DNA of 64,000 bases from the IMG/VR virus record IMGVR_UViG_3300020165_000009; one strand, given 5' to 3'. The position numbers and the translations under genes are program-made. This stretch comes from a virus. Of the stretch, positions 47,069 to 56,224 are shown piece by piece. The notes beneath the pieces were generated by a model, which saw nothing but the letters and a program-made list of their open reading frames with translations, ran no database searches and was not told where the DNA came from. Every line of letters begins with the position of its first letter. Position 1 is the stretch's first letter.

Positions 47069-47800
47069 TACCTTGCTTCTTACAATGTCATCACCTGTAA
47101 ATTTGTAGGTATTAATACCCTGATCGATGCATGATTGAGAGTCAAAAGCTTTGTATATAGTATCAAAGCCACCTTTATCATTAATATCTGATTGATTTGT
47201 ATCTCCCACAATCATATACTTACTATGGTTGCCGAAACGAGTTAGTAGCGTTATTAGCTCACTTTTTGTAAGGTTTTGTGCCTCGTCAATAATAACACAC
47301 GAATTACGAAACGTCATACCTCTTGTAAAGTTGACGGGTAAGCAGGTAATATAGTTTTTATGTAGTAGATTACTAGCTACGTTCGGGTGAATTAATTCAT
47401 CTAGTTTATCTACTAGCGGCATAGACCATGGTGCGAACTTATCCTCCATCTCACCAGGTAGAAAGCCTAAGCTCTTAGATGCACTCTCTACTATAGATCT
47501 AATATATACTATACTATCAACCTCTCTATCTCTTAACATATTAAGAGCAGCTAAAACAGCGATGTATGTTTTAGCTGTACCAGCTGGTCCATCCACAAAC
47601 CCCATCTTAGTAGCTGGTTCCATCATTGCGGTATAAAAACTATGTTGTGTTGGAGTTAGTTTAAAATGATGACTTATTTTGAATGTTAAATCAAAATCAG
47701 TCTGATTATTTTCAACTATCTCATCCATAATGTTAACATTAGTGCTGTGAGATCTCCCCGACGCCTTCGAACTCTTGCGAGTACTCTTTTTTGTAGTCAT
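47030..47800 (-). CDS. phoH: PhoH-family ATPase
   Basis: GPAGTAKT, LGFLPG, RGMTF, IIDEAQN, GD..QSD, DIVRS. Confidence 0.93.
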   Translation of the reverse strand: MTTKKSTRKSSKASGRSHSTNVNIMDEIVENNQTDFDLTFKISHHFKLTPTQHSFYTAMMEPATKMGFVDGPAGTAKTYIAVLAALNMLRDREVDSIVYIRSIVESASKSLGFLPGEMEDKFAPWSMPLVDKLDELIHPNVASNLLHKNYITCLPVNFTRGMTFRNSCVIIDEAQNLTKSELITLLTRFGNHSKYMIVGDTNQSDINDKGGFDTIYKAFDSQSCIDQGINTYKFTGDDIVRSKVLRFIVERLDTIS

Positions 47801-47918
47801 TACACATATTTATACCATATATACTCAGTCCATGAAGCGTAAAAAGTTCATGTAAAAGGTATAAATAGTATATGAATTAGTTGATTATAACCTACCATGA
47901 GTTATAATAATACTAGTT

Positions 47919-48677
47919 ATGAACTTAGAAAAAGAAACATTAATACTCTCTGACGATAAAATATTTTATACGATAGAGGGTGAAGGTGAGTATATAGGTC
48001 AGCGCTCTTTGTTTATGCGCATGGCGATGTGCAATCTAACTTGCATTGGTTTTGCCTCTGAAGACTCTCCTCATGGTTGTGATTCCTTTATCTCTTGGAG
48101 TATTAAAAATAAGATGACTTTTAATGAGATCTTTCAGATGATGGAAGACAATAACTGGATTGAAAAACTTGAGAAGGGTACTATATGGAAGCTTACCGGT
48201 GGTGAGCCTCTAATTCAACAGAAGCAACTACTTAAACTAGTTGAAGCGTTTATTGAGAAGTATGACTTCACCCCGAAGATTGACTTCGAGACGAACGCTA
48301 CTCTTATGCCTAGCCCGAGATGGAAGGAAGAGTTTGATGCTACCTTCACAACTTCACCGAAGTTAACTACTAATGGTGACCCGGAGAATAAGACCTATAA
48401 GCCTGAAGTTCTCAAGTATCACAAAGAGATTAACTCTGGTTTTAAGTTTGTTATTAATGACCCTGCTGAAGATATAAAGGAGATATGGAGTAAGTACGTT
48501 GAAGATACAGAGGGTATTAATGTAAGTCTCGATAGAATCTGGTTCATGCCGTGTGCTGGTTCACGTGTGGAACATATTGCTAATGCTGAGGCGGTTGTTG
48601 AATACGCGAAGTTAATGCACGTTCACTTCTCACCTCGATTGCATTTATTAGTGTGGGATAAGGCTCTTAAAGTCTGA
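47919..48677 (+). CDS. queE: 7-carboxy-7-deazaguanine synthase (radical SAM)
   Basis: FYTIEGEG..IG, R...CNLTC-x11-CDS, TGGEP, ETN, SPK, PRLH..VW. Confidence 0.9.
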   Translation: MNLEKETLILSDDKIFYTIEGEGEYIGQRSLFMRMAMCNLTCIGFASEDSPHGCDSFISWSIKNKMTFNEIFQMMEDNNWIEKLEKGTIWKLTGGEPLIQQKQLLKLVEAFIEKYDFTPKIDFETNATLMPSPRWKEEFDATFTTSPKLTTNGDPENKTYKPEVLKYHKEINSGFKFVINDPAEDIKEIWSKYVEDTEGINVSLDRIWFMPCAGSRVEHIANAEAVVEYAKLMHVHFSPRLHLLVWDKALKV

Positions 48678-48692
48678 GTATTATCTTTAAAT

Positions 48693-48729
48693 AAAAAAAA
48701 GCCGTTCAATTAATTGAACGGCTTTTTTT
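48693..48729. terminator. bidirectional intrinsic terminator
   Basis: A8-GCCGTTCAATTAATTGAACGGC-T7 between convergent genes. Confidence 0.9.
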
Positions 48730-48766
48730 GGTATAATATGTAGTATAATATGTGTTATGTAAAATC

Positions 48767-49174
48767 TTACAGATAACCTAAATTAACTAGCCTTCTGATA
48801 CGAGGGCTTATTGAATTTCTATCCTGCGCTGTTACAACTTGCTCTTCAACACCAGTATCAAAAGTAAACCGAATGGAATTAAATTCCGGGTCTATAATAG
48901 CAAACTCCATACCAGCGTATGAGTCGTCAATATCCATTGTGAATTTGTATTCTGTGTCGAGTCCAAAACCTCCATAGGATGGGAAGCCTTCTGCAGATAC
49001 TGAAACTGCTGTTGAGTTGCCAGTAGCACCAGGTATGTCTTGATATAATAGCTCGCAATCTAGACCAGCTGGTTCTAAGCCGTTTGGAAATGTATCGATG
49101 TTATTGGCAGTATCTTCATTAGGTACATTTGGTGCACCAGAGAATGTTAAGGCGTTTGTAAATGAGATAGGCAT
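48767..49174 (-). CDS. hypothetical late protein
   Basis: TAAATA 5 nt upstream; 135 aa. Confidence 0.55.
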   Translation of the reverse strand: MPISFTNALTFSGAPNVPNEDTANNIDTFPNGLEPAGLDCELLYQDIPGATGNSTAVSVSAEGFPSYGGFGLDTEYKFTMDIDDSYAGMEFAIIDPEFNSIRFTFDTGVEEQVVTAQDRNSISPRIRRLVNLGYL

Positions 49175-49195
49175 ATTATTATTTAATATAAAAAG

Positions 49196-49417
49196 TTATT
49201 TTTTAGGAGGTAACCCGTAACGCTCTCTAAATGTAAGCTTCTTAGTTGGTGCTTTTTTAGACGTCTTCTTTACTGCCGGCTTCGTAGATGTAAAGAGAGC
49301 AATTGCTTTTGAGAGCAAGTTACTCTTTTTAAGTTTCTTATCTAACTTAACACCCTTGTCTTTGCAGAGAACTTCGAGCTCGTCTTTAGACATACTTTTT
49401 AATTCTTTCTCGGTCAT
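49196..49417 (-). CDS. small basic protein, HeH/Rho-N-like helical motif
   Basis: L..MSK.EL...C...GV.LD....K..L; TAAATA 5 nt upstream. Confidence 0.55.
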   Translation of the reverse strand: MTEKELKSMSKDELEVLCKDKGVKLDKKLKKSNLLSKAIALFTSTKPAVKKTSKKAPTKKLTFRERYGLPPKK

Positions 49418-49465
49418 ATTAATATTTATGGTTGAATGTATTATTTTTAAGGTTAAATAATATTT

Positions 49466-49669
49466 ATGGAAACAATAATTACACTAGTAGTATTCATCGC
49501 CGGTTTTATTACTGGCACGTTAGTTGCTCGCAATAACATTAAGAAAATTAATTCAATCGTAGAGGATGCAGAAGATTTTACCGCAGCAGTTGATCGTAAA
49601 ATTGATAAACTTCGCGATGAAGTAACTAAGAAACCTACCAAACGTGGGCGACCAGCTACTAAAAAATAA
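49466..49669 (+). CDS. small membrane-anchored protein
   Basis: N-terminal TM helix, basic tail; TAAATA 6 nt upstream. Confidence 0.55.
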   Translation: METIITLVVFIAGFITGTLVARNNIKKINSIVEDAEDFTAAVDRKIDKLRDEVTKKPTKRGRPATKK

Positions 49670-49684
49670 TTTAATATTATAAAT

Positions 49685-49759
49685 TCCTTGATAGCTCAGC
49701 GGTAGAGCGGGTGACTGTTAATCACTAGGTCCAAGGTTCGAATCCTTGTCGAGGAGCCA
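49685..49759 (+). tRNA. trnN: tRNA-Asn (GTT)
   Basis: Acceptor TCCTTGA/TCGAGGA, D arm GCTC..GAGC, anticodon loop CTGTTAA, T loop TTCGAAT, encoded CCA. Confidence 0.95.
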
Positions 49760-49764
49760 CTTTC

Positions 49765-49800
49765 AAATAAGCAACCTATCGGTTGCTTATTTTTTTATTT
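49765..49800. terminator. intrinsic terminator after the tRNA (probably bidirectional)
   Basis: AAATAAGCAACC TATC GGTTGCTTATTT followed by a T run. Confidence 0.8.
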
Positions 49801-50274
49801 ACCACCTGGGGTGAAGTAGAATCCGATGATGCACCCCAAAGTGGCGACTGAGACCAGAGAGATGTGCCCTGTTGTAATGGCTGTTGTGATCGGGTCCGAT
49901 GAGGGAAAAACAACCAATCCCCAGAGGAGGGAGAAATTTTCTTTATTTTCGGGTGGTGTAAAGGTGACGAGCTCGACTGCTGGCCAGAGGGTGCAAAGAA
50001 TCGAAATGACTGCGAAGTTGAGCATCCCGATAAGAGCAATAATGCGGCGAGTGCCGCGTGTGAACATACCAGCATCCTTATCCGCTTCACCGAACACTGC
50101 TTGTTGAAACTCAGCGTTTGATTTTTGGAGTGACATGTCTCTGATGAGCTCCCTCTTAGCACGCGCTTCATTTGCAAGTGATCTACTCTGCGCAATACCG
50201 CCGATAATTTTAAGCATCGAGCCCATACCAGTTGCTCCAAGTGTTGATAATAACATCGTAATAAGTCCAAACAT
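49795..50274 (-). CDS. multi-TM membrane protein, putative holin
   Basis: Three hydrophobic segments, C-terminal IIGFYF; GGAGG upstream; late promoter. Confidence 0.5.
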   Translation of the reverse strand: MFGLITMLLSTLGATGMGSMLKIIGGIAQSRSLANEARAKRELIRDMSLQKSNAEFQQAVFGEADKDAGMFTRGTRRIIALIGMLNFAVISILCTLWPAVELVTFTPPENKENFSLLWGLVVFPSSDPITTAITTGHISLVSVATLGCIIGFYFTPGGK

Positions 50275-50294
50275 ATCATTTTACCTCCATTTTA

Positions 50295-50308
50295 TATAAA
50301 TATTTATA
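50295..50308. promoter_or_regulatory. palindromic bidirectional T4-type late promoter
   Basis: TATAAATATTTATA contains TATAAATA on both strands, between divergent genes. Confidence 0.65.
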
Positions 50309-50352
50309 CAGAACCGAAGCACTTCATGTAAAATGAATTGTATAACATTGAA

Positions 50353-50556
50353 ATGATTACATTTAAAACATTTTTTGAAAACTACGCCGATGGTAAGGTC
50401 AAGGGTAAAAGTAAAACGGGACGAGTAAAGCGAGCAGGTGCTAGTTGTAAGGACTCTATAACTGAACTAAAACGTAAAGCTAAGAAGTATAGTGGTGAAA
50501 AGGGCAAAATGTATCAATGGTGTCTTAATATGAAGAGAGGTAGAAAGAAGAAGTAA
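50353..50556 (+). CDS. small basic late protein, probable internal head protein
   Basis: Start reassigned to MITFKTFFEN; NYADGKVKGKS..GRVKRAGASC module. Confidence 0.6.
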   Translation: MITFKTFFENYADGKVKGKSKTGRVKRAGASCKDSITELKRKAKKYSGEKGKMYQWCLNMKRGRKKK

Positions 50557-50560
50557 TTAG

Positions 50561-50776
50561 ATGTTTATACTGGCTGGAATAGAACAATTGTTATTTGAAG
50601 TATTAGGTAGCCTCTTTAAAGAAGCTCTTAAGAAAATGGTAGCTGCGGCTGCATCACTAAAAGATGCTCCAGCTAGTTTTTTTATAACAGTCGGAGTTGT
50701 ATGTACTAGCCTTATTGCATTAACTATTCTCTGCAAAAGATATAAAAGAAGTAAATTTAAAGAAAATGAAGCATAA
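50561..50776 (+). CDS. small membrane protein
   Basis: 71 aa with a C-terminal TM segment. Confidence 0.45.
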   Translation: MFILAGIEQLLFEVLGSLFKEALKKMVAAAASLKDAPASFFITVGVVCTSLIALTILCKRYKRSKFKENEA

Positions 50777-51392
50777 TTACGATCAACTAACTAACCTCAT
50801 ATTAGAGGGTCTAGGCGGGTATAAGCCAATCACACTACCATACTCATTTAATGATTTAGAACCTCATATTGATGCGGAGACAATGAAGCTCCACTATAAT
50901 AAGCACTATAAGGGCTACGTCAAAAAGCTAAACGACGCTATCGGTAAAACTCACATACCATTGAGAGAATTAGTAGTTAAAGCTGCAAACAGAAAAGCAG
51001 ATGTACGTAATAATGCTGGCGGAGCATACAATCATCAACTCTTCTGGAATATGATGACACCTCATAAACATTCATGCAGAGGCTTGATAAAGGAAGCTAT
51101 TGATAAGAAGTTTGGTTCCGTTGACAGTTTTTACGAAGAGTTTACAGCACAAGCAAAGTCGCATTTCGGCTCCGGTTGGGTATGGCTTATTAAAAGGGGT
51201 AATACCTTGAAGATTGTACAAACAGATAATCAGGATAATCCTCTTATGTTTGATCAAGGAGAACCAATACTAGGTATTGATGTCTGGGAGCACGCCTATT
51301 ATAAAAAGTATGGGCCGGATAGAGAGAAGTATATTAAAAACTTCTTAAAGGTGGTTAACTGGGATTATTGTAATCAGCTATTATCGCTTTAA
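50766..51392 (+). CDS. sodA: Fe/Mn superoxide dismutase (Mn-type signatures)
   Basis: LPY...LEPHID..TM..HY.KH, NNAGG.YNH..FW, FGSGW.W, NQD, DVWEHAYY. Confidence 0.93.
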   Translation: MKHNYDQLTNLILEGLGGYKPITLPYSFNDLEPHIDAETMKLHYNKHYKGYVKKLNDAIGKTHIPLRELVVKAANRKADVRNNAGGAYNHQLFWNMMTPHKHSCRGLIKEAIDKKFGSVDSFYEEFTAQAKSHFGSGWVWLIKRGNTLKIVQTDNQDNPLMFDQGEPILGIDVWEHAYYKKYGPDREKYIKNFLKVVNWDYCNQLLSL

Positions 51393-52044
51393 CTTCCTCT
51401 TTAAGGTAGTTGACGTGTATTTTTGACCACTCATGTTTTTCAGGATTTTTGTAGAAGATAACTAACCCATCACACTTCTTACCTGAGATTGCTTCATACA
51501 TATGAGCATATAAAGATAGCTGCAGCGCATACGAATTAAACTCACATACAGTTAGGTGACTCACCGGGCCATTCATATACTCACCATACTCATTGGTGTA
51601 TCTGAAACGCTTATTTGTTTTAAAGTCTCCTACCTTAAAACTATTTGTATTTTCATAAATTAAATCACCTGTACCTGCAATTCCATTAACTGTATCATAT
51701 AGCTTTTCCTCAGCGCGCAGCTTAGGATAACCTTTAAATATATCTGCATGTGACTTGTACGATTTATAAAGATCTTTATATTGGTCTTCTCGTTTATCAT
51801 CTACGAGAAAATCCTCCATTACTTTATGTATATGGGTACCGTAATCACACGCTTTGTTTTTAACATCTTCCCATTGCTCTAGAATAAAGTCAACATGAAC
51901 ACCCTCACGCTTTGCAACTCGAGTTGCGTTACCTATTGCATCAAACTTAGGTTTATATTTACCGAGCAGAGTTGTTACTGATATTAACTGCTTACCAGTC
52001 TCTGTATCTGTATACGTATGAGATGCTTCGTCAAAATGGATCAT
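51355..52044 (-). CDS. PD-(D/E)XK exonuclease (RecB/Cas4-like fold)
   Basis: SVTTLL, GTHIH..ME, AGTGDL, GDFKT, YALQLSLYA. Confidence 0.8.
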   Translation of the reverse strand: MIHFDEASHTYTDTETGKQLISVTTLLGKYKPKFDAIGNATRVAKREGVHVDFILEQWEDVKNKACDYGTHIHKVMEDFLVDDKREDQYKDLYKSYKSHADIFKGYPKLRAEEKLYDTVNGIAGTGDLIYENTNSFKVGDFKTNKRFRYTNEYGEYMNGPVSHLTVCEFNSYALQLSLYAHMYEAISGKKCDGLVIFYKNPEKHEWSKIHVNYLKEEVKAIIADYNNPS

Positions 52045-52100
52045 ATTATTATTATAACTTAAGACCTTGAAAATGCAAATTCTTATTATAAAATATATGT
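52045..52100. promoter_or_regulatory. overlapping divergent sigma70-like promoters
   Basis: Plus TTGAAA-N16-TAAAAT-6nt-ATG(52101); minus TTGCAT-N16-TATAAT-6nt-ATG(52044). Confidence 0.6.
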
Positions 52101-52928
52101 ATGAGATTAGCTATTAGCGGTACGGGTTGTCAAGGGAAATCAACATTAATTAAGGACTTCCTAGAAGAATGGCCCATGTATAAAACTGAAAGTCAGACGT
52201 ACCGTGACGTACTTACTAGTGAGAAGTTACCTCACAGTAAAGAAGCTACTAAAGAGACACAATGGAGGATTCTCAATCATATGATTGATGAGATGCAGAC
52301 CTTTAACCCCGGTGATAATGTCATTATGGACAGGTGCCCTATTGACAACTTAGTTTACTCTCTTTGGTGTTTTGAGAAAGGTGTTGGTGATATTGATAAG
52401 GAGTTTATTGATAAATGCATACCTCTTGTCTGCGAGAGTTTAAAGAATATAGACATCATATTTTTTACACCTATTACTAAAGCTGCTCCTATTACCCCTG
52501 TTGAAGATGGTGTACGTGAAACAGATTCTACCTATATTAAAGAAATTGATAACCTATTTAAAATGATAGGAGCTCAGCATATTGAAAACAACGGCCTCAA
52601 TCCATTCTTTCCAAAAGAAGATGCGCCGGGTTGGATTGAAGTATTCGGAGACAGGCCTGTTAGAATCGCCATGATTAAGCAATATATCGATGAGACCGGT
52701 GATCTTGTCGGTGGGTGGGAATGTGCTCCGGAGCCTGATATCGTCGACCCTAATAATCAATCTGTTGGTGATAACGAAGAAGCAGCTGCAATGAAAGCAT
52801 TAATCGATGATCAACAAAATGCTAAAGTGTTTGAGAAGGATCTCGCAGATCAGAAGCAGCTAATTAAAGATACGCTAGGTGATAAAGAAATCGATGAGAT
52901 TAACAGTCTATATAATCCCAAAGCTTAA
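52101..52928 (+). CDS. P-loop kinase/ATPase (AAA_28/NadR-like, possible nucleotide kinase)
   Basis: ISGTGCQGKST, MDRCPIDNLVY, DG.R. Confidence 0.7.
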   Translation: MRLAISGTGCQGKSTLIKDFLEEWPMYKTESQTYRDVLTSEKLPHSKEATKETQWRILNHMIDEMQTFNPGDNVIMDRCPIDNLVYSLWCFEKGVGDIDKEFIDKCIPLVCESLKNIDIIFFTPITKAAPITPVEDGVRETDSTYIKEIDNLFKMIGAQHIENNGLNPFFPKEDAPGWIEVFGDRPVRIAMIKQYIDETGDLVGGWECAPEPDIVDPNNQSVGDNEEAAAMKALIDDQQNAKVFEKDLADQKQLIKDTLGDKEIDEINSLYNPKA

Positions 52929-52948
52929 GCTCTCAGCCTAAATCACTT

Positions 52949-53155
52949 TTACGGATTTAACGCTGCGGAGAGCTCTGCGATCTGAGTTGTATGTAGTTCG
53001 ATAGTACTACCGAACGTAGTATTTTCTAAACCTACAACGAAGTTGCTAAAATTTAACCTATTAGTCGCATTAGGTGTCTGGAGGATTATAAAGTCTCCAT
53101 TAACGACTTGATTGGTTTCCGGTAACTGATTGATACTAACGTCTGTGCTTGCCAT
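52949..53155 (-). CDS. small late structural-type protein
   Basis: VSINQLP......GDF.I.....T..L motif recalled from fibre proteins; TAAATA 6 nt upstream. Confidence 0.45.
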   Translation of the reverse strand: MASTDVSINQLPETNQVVNGDFIILQTPNATNRLNFSNFVVGLENTTFGSTIELHTTQIAELSAALNP

Positions 53156-53183
53156 ATAAATTATTTATTATAAAATATATATA

Positions 53184-53978
53184 ATGTCAAAGATTGGTGT
53201 AGGTATAATAACGTGTAATAGAAATGATTTTTACATTAGGTGTATTAAAAGCATTAAATCTGACTGGTTCGATGAGATTGTTACCATTAATGACGGTGAT
53301 GAGCCTATAGCAACTACAGACGCTCCTCATCGTCATATTATTAACAACGGGAGGAATTTAGGTGTTTGTAAGAGTAAAAATAAAGCGCTTACACACCTAT
53401 TATCAAAAGGCTGTGAGTATATTTTTCTCGTAGAGGATGATATGGTGTTTAAAGGTAATGCGTTTGAAGAATATATTAGAGCAAGTAAGATTACTGGTAT
53501 ACAACATATGTCGTTTGCATACCATGGACCGGCTAATAAAGGTAATATTAGTAAAGGTAAACCTAAGCCGAGAAAGGTAATTGATTACGGTGACGTAAAA
53601 ATTGCACTAAATCAGCACTCAGTTGGTGCTGTATGTTTTTATACCAAGGAAGCATTAGATAGTGTAGGTATATTTGATGAAGAGTTTGATAAAAATAATT
53701 TTGAACATGTAGAGCATTCTTATAGTCTCGCCAAAGCCGGTTACAGTACACCTTACTGGTGGTGGGCTGATATAGCTAATAGTTGCGATCTTATTCAAGA
53801 ACAGGCTTGTAGTGAAGAATCCTCGTCAATAAGAAGAGGTGATGATTGGCAGCAAAAAATAATCGACAGTGCATACTTATTTCAGAAGAAGCATGGCTAT
53901 ATGCCGGCATGGCAAAATGCAGTCCCCGATACACCATTGCCTGACGTTATTAAGATTTTAAAGAGTATGAAAAAATGA
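53184..53978 (+). CDS. GT2 glycosyltransferase
   Basis: GIITCNR, INDG, NLGV..SKN, FLVEDD, GIFDE.F, EHVEHS. Confidence 0.8.
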   Translation: MSKIGVGIITCNRNDFYIRCIKSIKSDWFDEIVTINDGDEPIATTDAPHRHIINNGRNLGVCKSKNKALTHLLSKGCEYIFLVEDDMVFKGNAFEEYIRASKITGIQHMSFAYHGPANKGNISKGKPKPRKVIDYGDVKIALNQHSVGAVCFYTKEALDSVGIFDEEFDKNNFEHVEHSYSLAKAGYSTPYWWWADIANSCDLIQEQACSEESSSIRRGDDWQQKIIDSAYLFQKKHGYMPAWQNAVPDTPLPDVIKILKSMKK

Positions 53979-54700
53979 TATCTTTTATTATAGCTTACAA
54001 GCAAGATACTAAAGAAAGGGCTGTAAATTTAGAATACTGTAAGAAGTATTATAAACAATTGGTACCTGGTTGCGAGATTCTGATTAAAGAATCATCTGAT
54101 AATAACTTCAATAAGTGTAAGTTATATAACAAAGGAGCTTTAGAGGCCAAGCACGATGTGTTGTGTTTTTTAGATAGTGATGTGTTTGTTTCAAAATACT
54201 CTATTCAGAAATCTATTGAATTGGCAGATATGGATAACGTCATTATAGGTTATAATGGAGTGGCTATATATCTATCATATAAATCTAAACGCACATTAAC
54301 TAGTGATTTAAAATATCAGAATATGCTAGAGATACTACCGGTAAACTACGTACCGACTCGATTAGAGAAAAATGAGATGTTTGAGGTAGGTAATCTTAAA
54401 GCAGTCGGTGGCTGTTTAGTAATGTCTAGAGACTGCTTTAAAGATGTTAACGGATTTAATCCTAATTTTATTAACTGGGGATATGAAGATAATGAGATTG
54501 TAACCAGATGCCATAAACTCAAAAAGAATGTTATTTTAGCTAATACAAAAGACCCATATCTATTTCACTTACCTCATCATGATGTAGAGGGGGATAAGAG
54601 TGTACATGACTTTTACACAAACAATCAAACCGAGTATATGAAAGTATGCGAGATGAATTATAATGATTTACAAAAATACATAAAAACATGGAAGCTATAG
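53975..54700 (+). CDS. GT2/GT7C-like glycosyltransferase
   Basis: FNK..LYN.G, FLDSD, GG, F..VNGFN..F..WGYED. Confidence 0.8.
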   Translation: MISFIIAYKQDTKERAVNLEYCKKYYKQLVPGCEILIKESSDNNFNKCKLYNKGALEAKHDVLCFLDSDVFVSKYSIQKSIELADMDNVIIGYNGVAIYLSYKSKRTLTSDLKYQNMLEILPVNYVPTRLEKNEMFEVGNLKAVGGCLVMSRDCFKDVNGFNPNFINWGYEDNEIVTRCHKLKKNVILANTKDPYLFHLPHHDVEGDKSVHDFYTNNQTEYMKVCEMNYNDLQKYIKTWKL

Positions 54701-55356
54701 ATGTAATTATACTCTCAAATACAGCTAATTTAGAGTATTACAGCAAACTAAAAAAGTGTATTAACTCTCTAAAGTCGAGTACTAATATTAAAACTAATAT
54801 TATTGTTATTGAGACAAACAAAAAATTAAGAGGTAAAAATTTAAAGCTACCAATCGATACACTCTATATTCCCGAGGATGCAGAATTTAACTATAATAAG
54901 TTTCTGAATTATGGTCTCACTTTCTGCAAACACGATTATTTGTGTATATCAAATAACGACGTTTATTATAATAAAGATGTTTTATGTACCCTAGTCGATC
55001 ACTTAGATGATTATGATTCCGTTAGCCCGTGGGATGATAATTCTACGTGGCGGTTCCATCAAACCAAGGGAATACATGTAGGTTACTCTACCAGGATGTT
55101 TGTAACCGGTTGGTGCATTGTAACAAAGAGAGTCACTATAGATAAAATCGGTGGTAAGTTTGACGAGAGATTTTCTTTCTGGTTTCAGGATGATGATTAT
55201 TCTAAGCTATTAGAGACTAATAATCTAACGCATGCGTTAATTGGTGATGTATCGGTATGGCACGACTGTGGTCAGAGTCACGAACTATTCAGTAAAGAGG
55301 ATAGAGAGAAACAAACACATGGCTTATCAGAGGTCTTTAACGAAAAATGGAAGTGA
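54688..55356 (+). CDS. GT2 glycosyltransferase
   Basis: FNYNKFLNYG, ISNNDV, GWC, FDERF.FW.QD.DY, V.H. Confidence 0.78.
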   Translation: MEAIDVIILSNTANLEYYSKLKKCINSLKSSTNIKTNIIVIETNKKLRGKNLKLPIDTLYIPEDAEFNYNKFLNYGLTFCKHDYLCISNNDVYYNKDVLCTLVDHLDDYDSVSPWDDNSTWRFHQTKGIHVGYSTRMFVTGWCIVTKRVTIDKIGGKFDERFSFWFQDDDYSKLLETNNLTHALIGDVSVWHDCGQSHELFSKEDREKQTHGLSEVFNEKWK

Positions 55357-56162
55357 ATAAAAAAATTACATTGCGAGATAGTAACTTCGCTGGTAGGGAT
55401 GTCTTGAGTATGCCAGGTGTTAATTTTTCCTGGTATACAGGTGACAATATAGTTAGTGAGCACGTTTTCTTTACAGATAAAAAATTGCAGGATGTAGATG
55501 AGGCTCAGTATAGCAATGTTAAGAAAGTTGCGTGGCTGCTCGAACCTAAGGGTATCGACCCGTCTATATATGATTGGATCTTAAAAAATTATCATAAATT
55601 TGATAACGTACTAACATTCGACCGTAATATTATATCTCAAATTGATAACGGTATATTTCAGCCGTACGGTACCTATTGGGTTGAGAAAGATAGCCCTGTA
55701 AAGAGTCGCTCAGTCTCTATGATTGCATCCTACAAAAAAGAAGCTACTGGTCACAAGATCAGACACTCAATATATAAACACTTTAAGAGCCGTATAGATA
55801 CGTTTGGTACTATTACCGGAAGCCGGTTAACTAATAAAGATGCAGGCTTGAGGGATTTTAGATTTTCTGTTGCTATTGAAAACTGTATACAAGATGGGTA
55901 TTTTACTGAAAAAATACTCGACTGTTTTGCTACAAAAACCATCCCGATATACTGGGGTACACGTACGGTTGGAGAGTTTTTTAATACAGATGGTATTATA
56001 TTTGTGGATGATTTTAAGAGTATTGAAAGTCTAATTAACTCTCTCAGCGAAGACGTGTACAGTAGTAAGCTCGAGGCAATTCAAGAGAACTTTAATAAGA
56101 TAGACGACTACCATATACCGGAACTGTACATTGAGAAAAATTACAAGGGCTTGTTACATTAA
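55347..56162 (+). CDS. GT10 (alpha-1,3-fucosyltransferase-like) glycosyltransferase
   Basis: EP, S.IAS, GH..R, K...L..FRFS.AIEN....YFTEK..DCF..KTIPIYWG. Confidence 0.8.
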   Translation: MEVNKKITLRDSNFAGRDVLSMPGVNFSWYTGDNIVSEHVFFTDKKLQDVDEAQYSNVKKVAWLLEPKGIDPSIYDWILKNYHKFDNVLTFDRNIISQIDNGIFQPYGTYWVEKDSPVKSRSVSMIASYKKEATGHKIRHSIYKHFKSRIDTFGTITGSRLTNKDAGLRDFRFSVAIENCIQDGYFTEKILDCFATKTIPIYWGTRTVGEFFNTDGIIFVDDFKSIESLINSLSEDVYSSKLEAIQENFNKIDDYHIPELYIEKNYKGLLH

Positions 56163-56224
56163 TAACGTGAAAATACTGGTTAGCAGTAGCATTAGTACTA
56201 CTACGACATTATAATAGCTATAAT

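Noticed and set aside
49685-49800. tRNA as a prophage integration site
   Set aside because: No integrase and no duplicated tRNA 3' end seen; gene content is that of a lytic T4-like phage
49776-50279. 167 aa alternative-frame ORF over the holin-like gene
   Set aside because: No recognisable protein features and it ends inside the terminator; the 159 aa frame gives a coherent membrane protein. Kept only as a possible regulatory start
51355-52044. Cas4 / CRISPR-Cas locus
   Set aside because: No Fe-S cysteine set, no other cas genes, and no repeat-spacer array seen anywhere in the window
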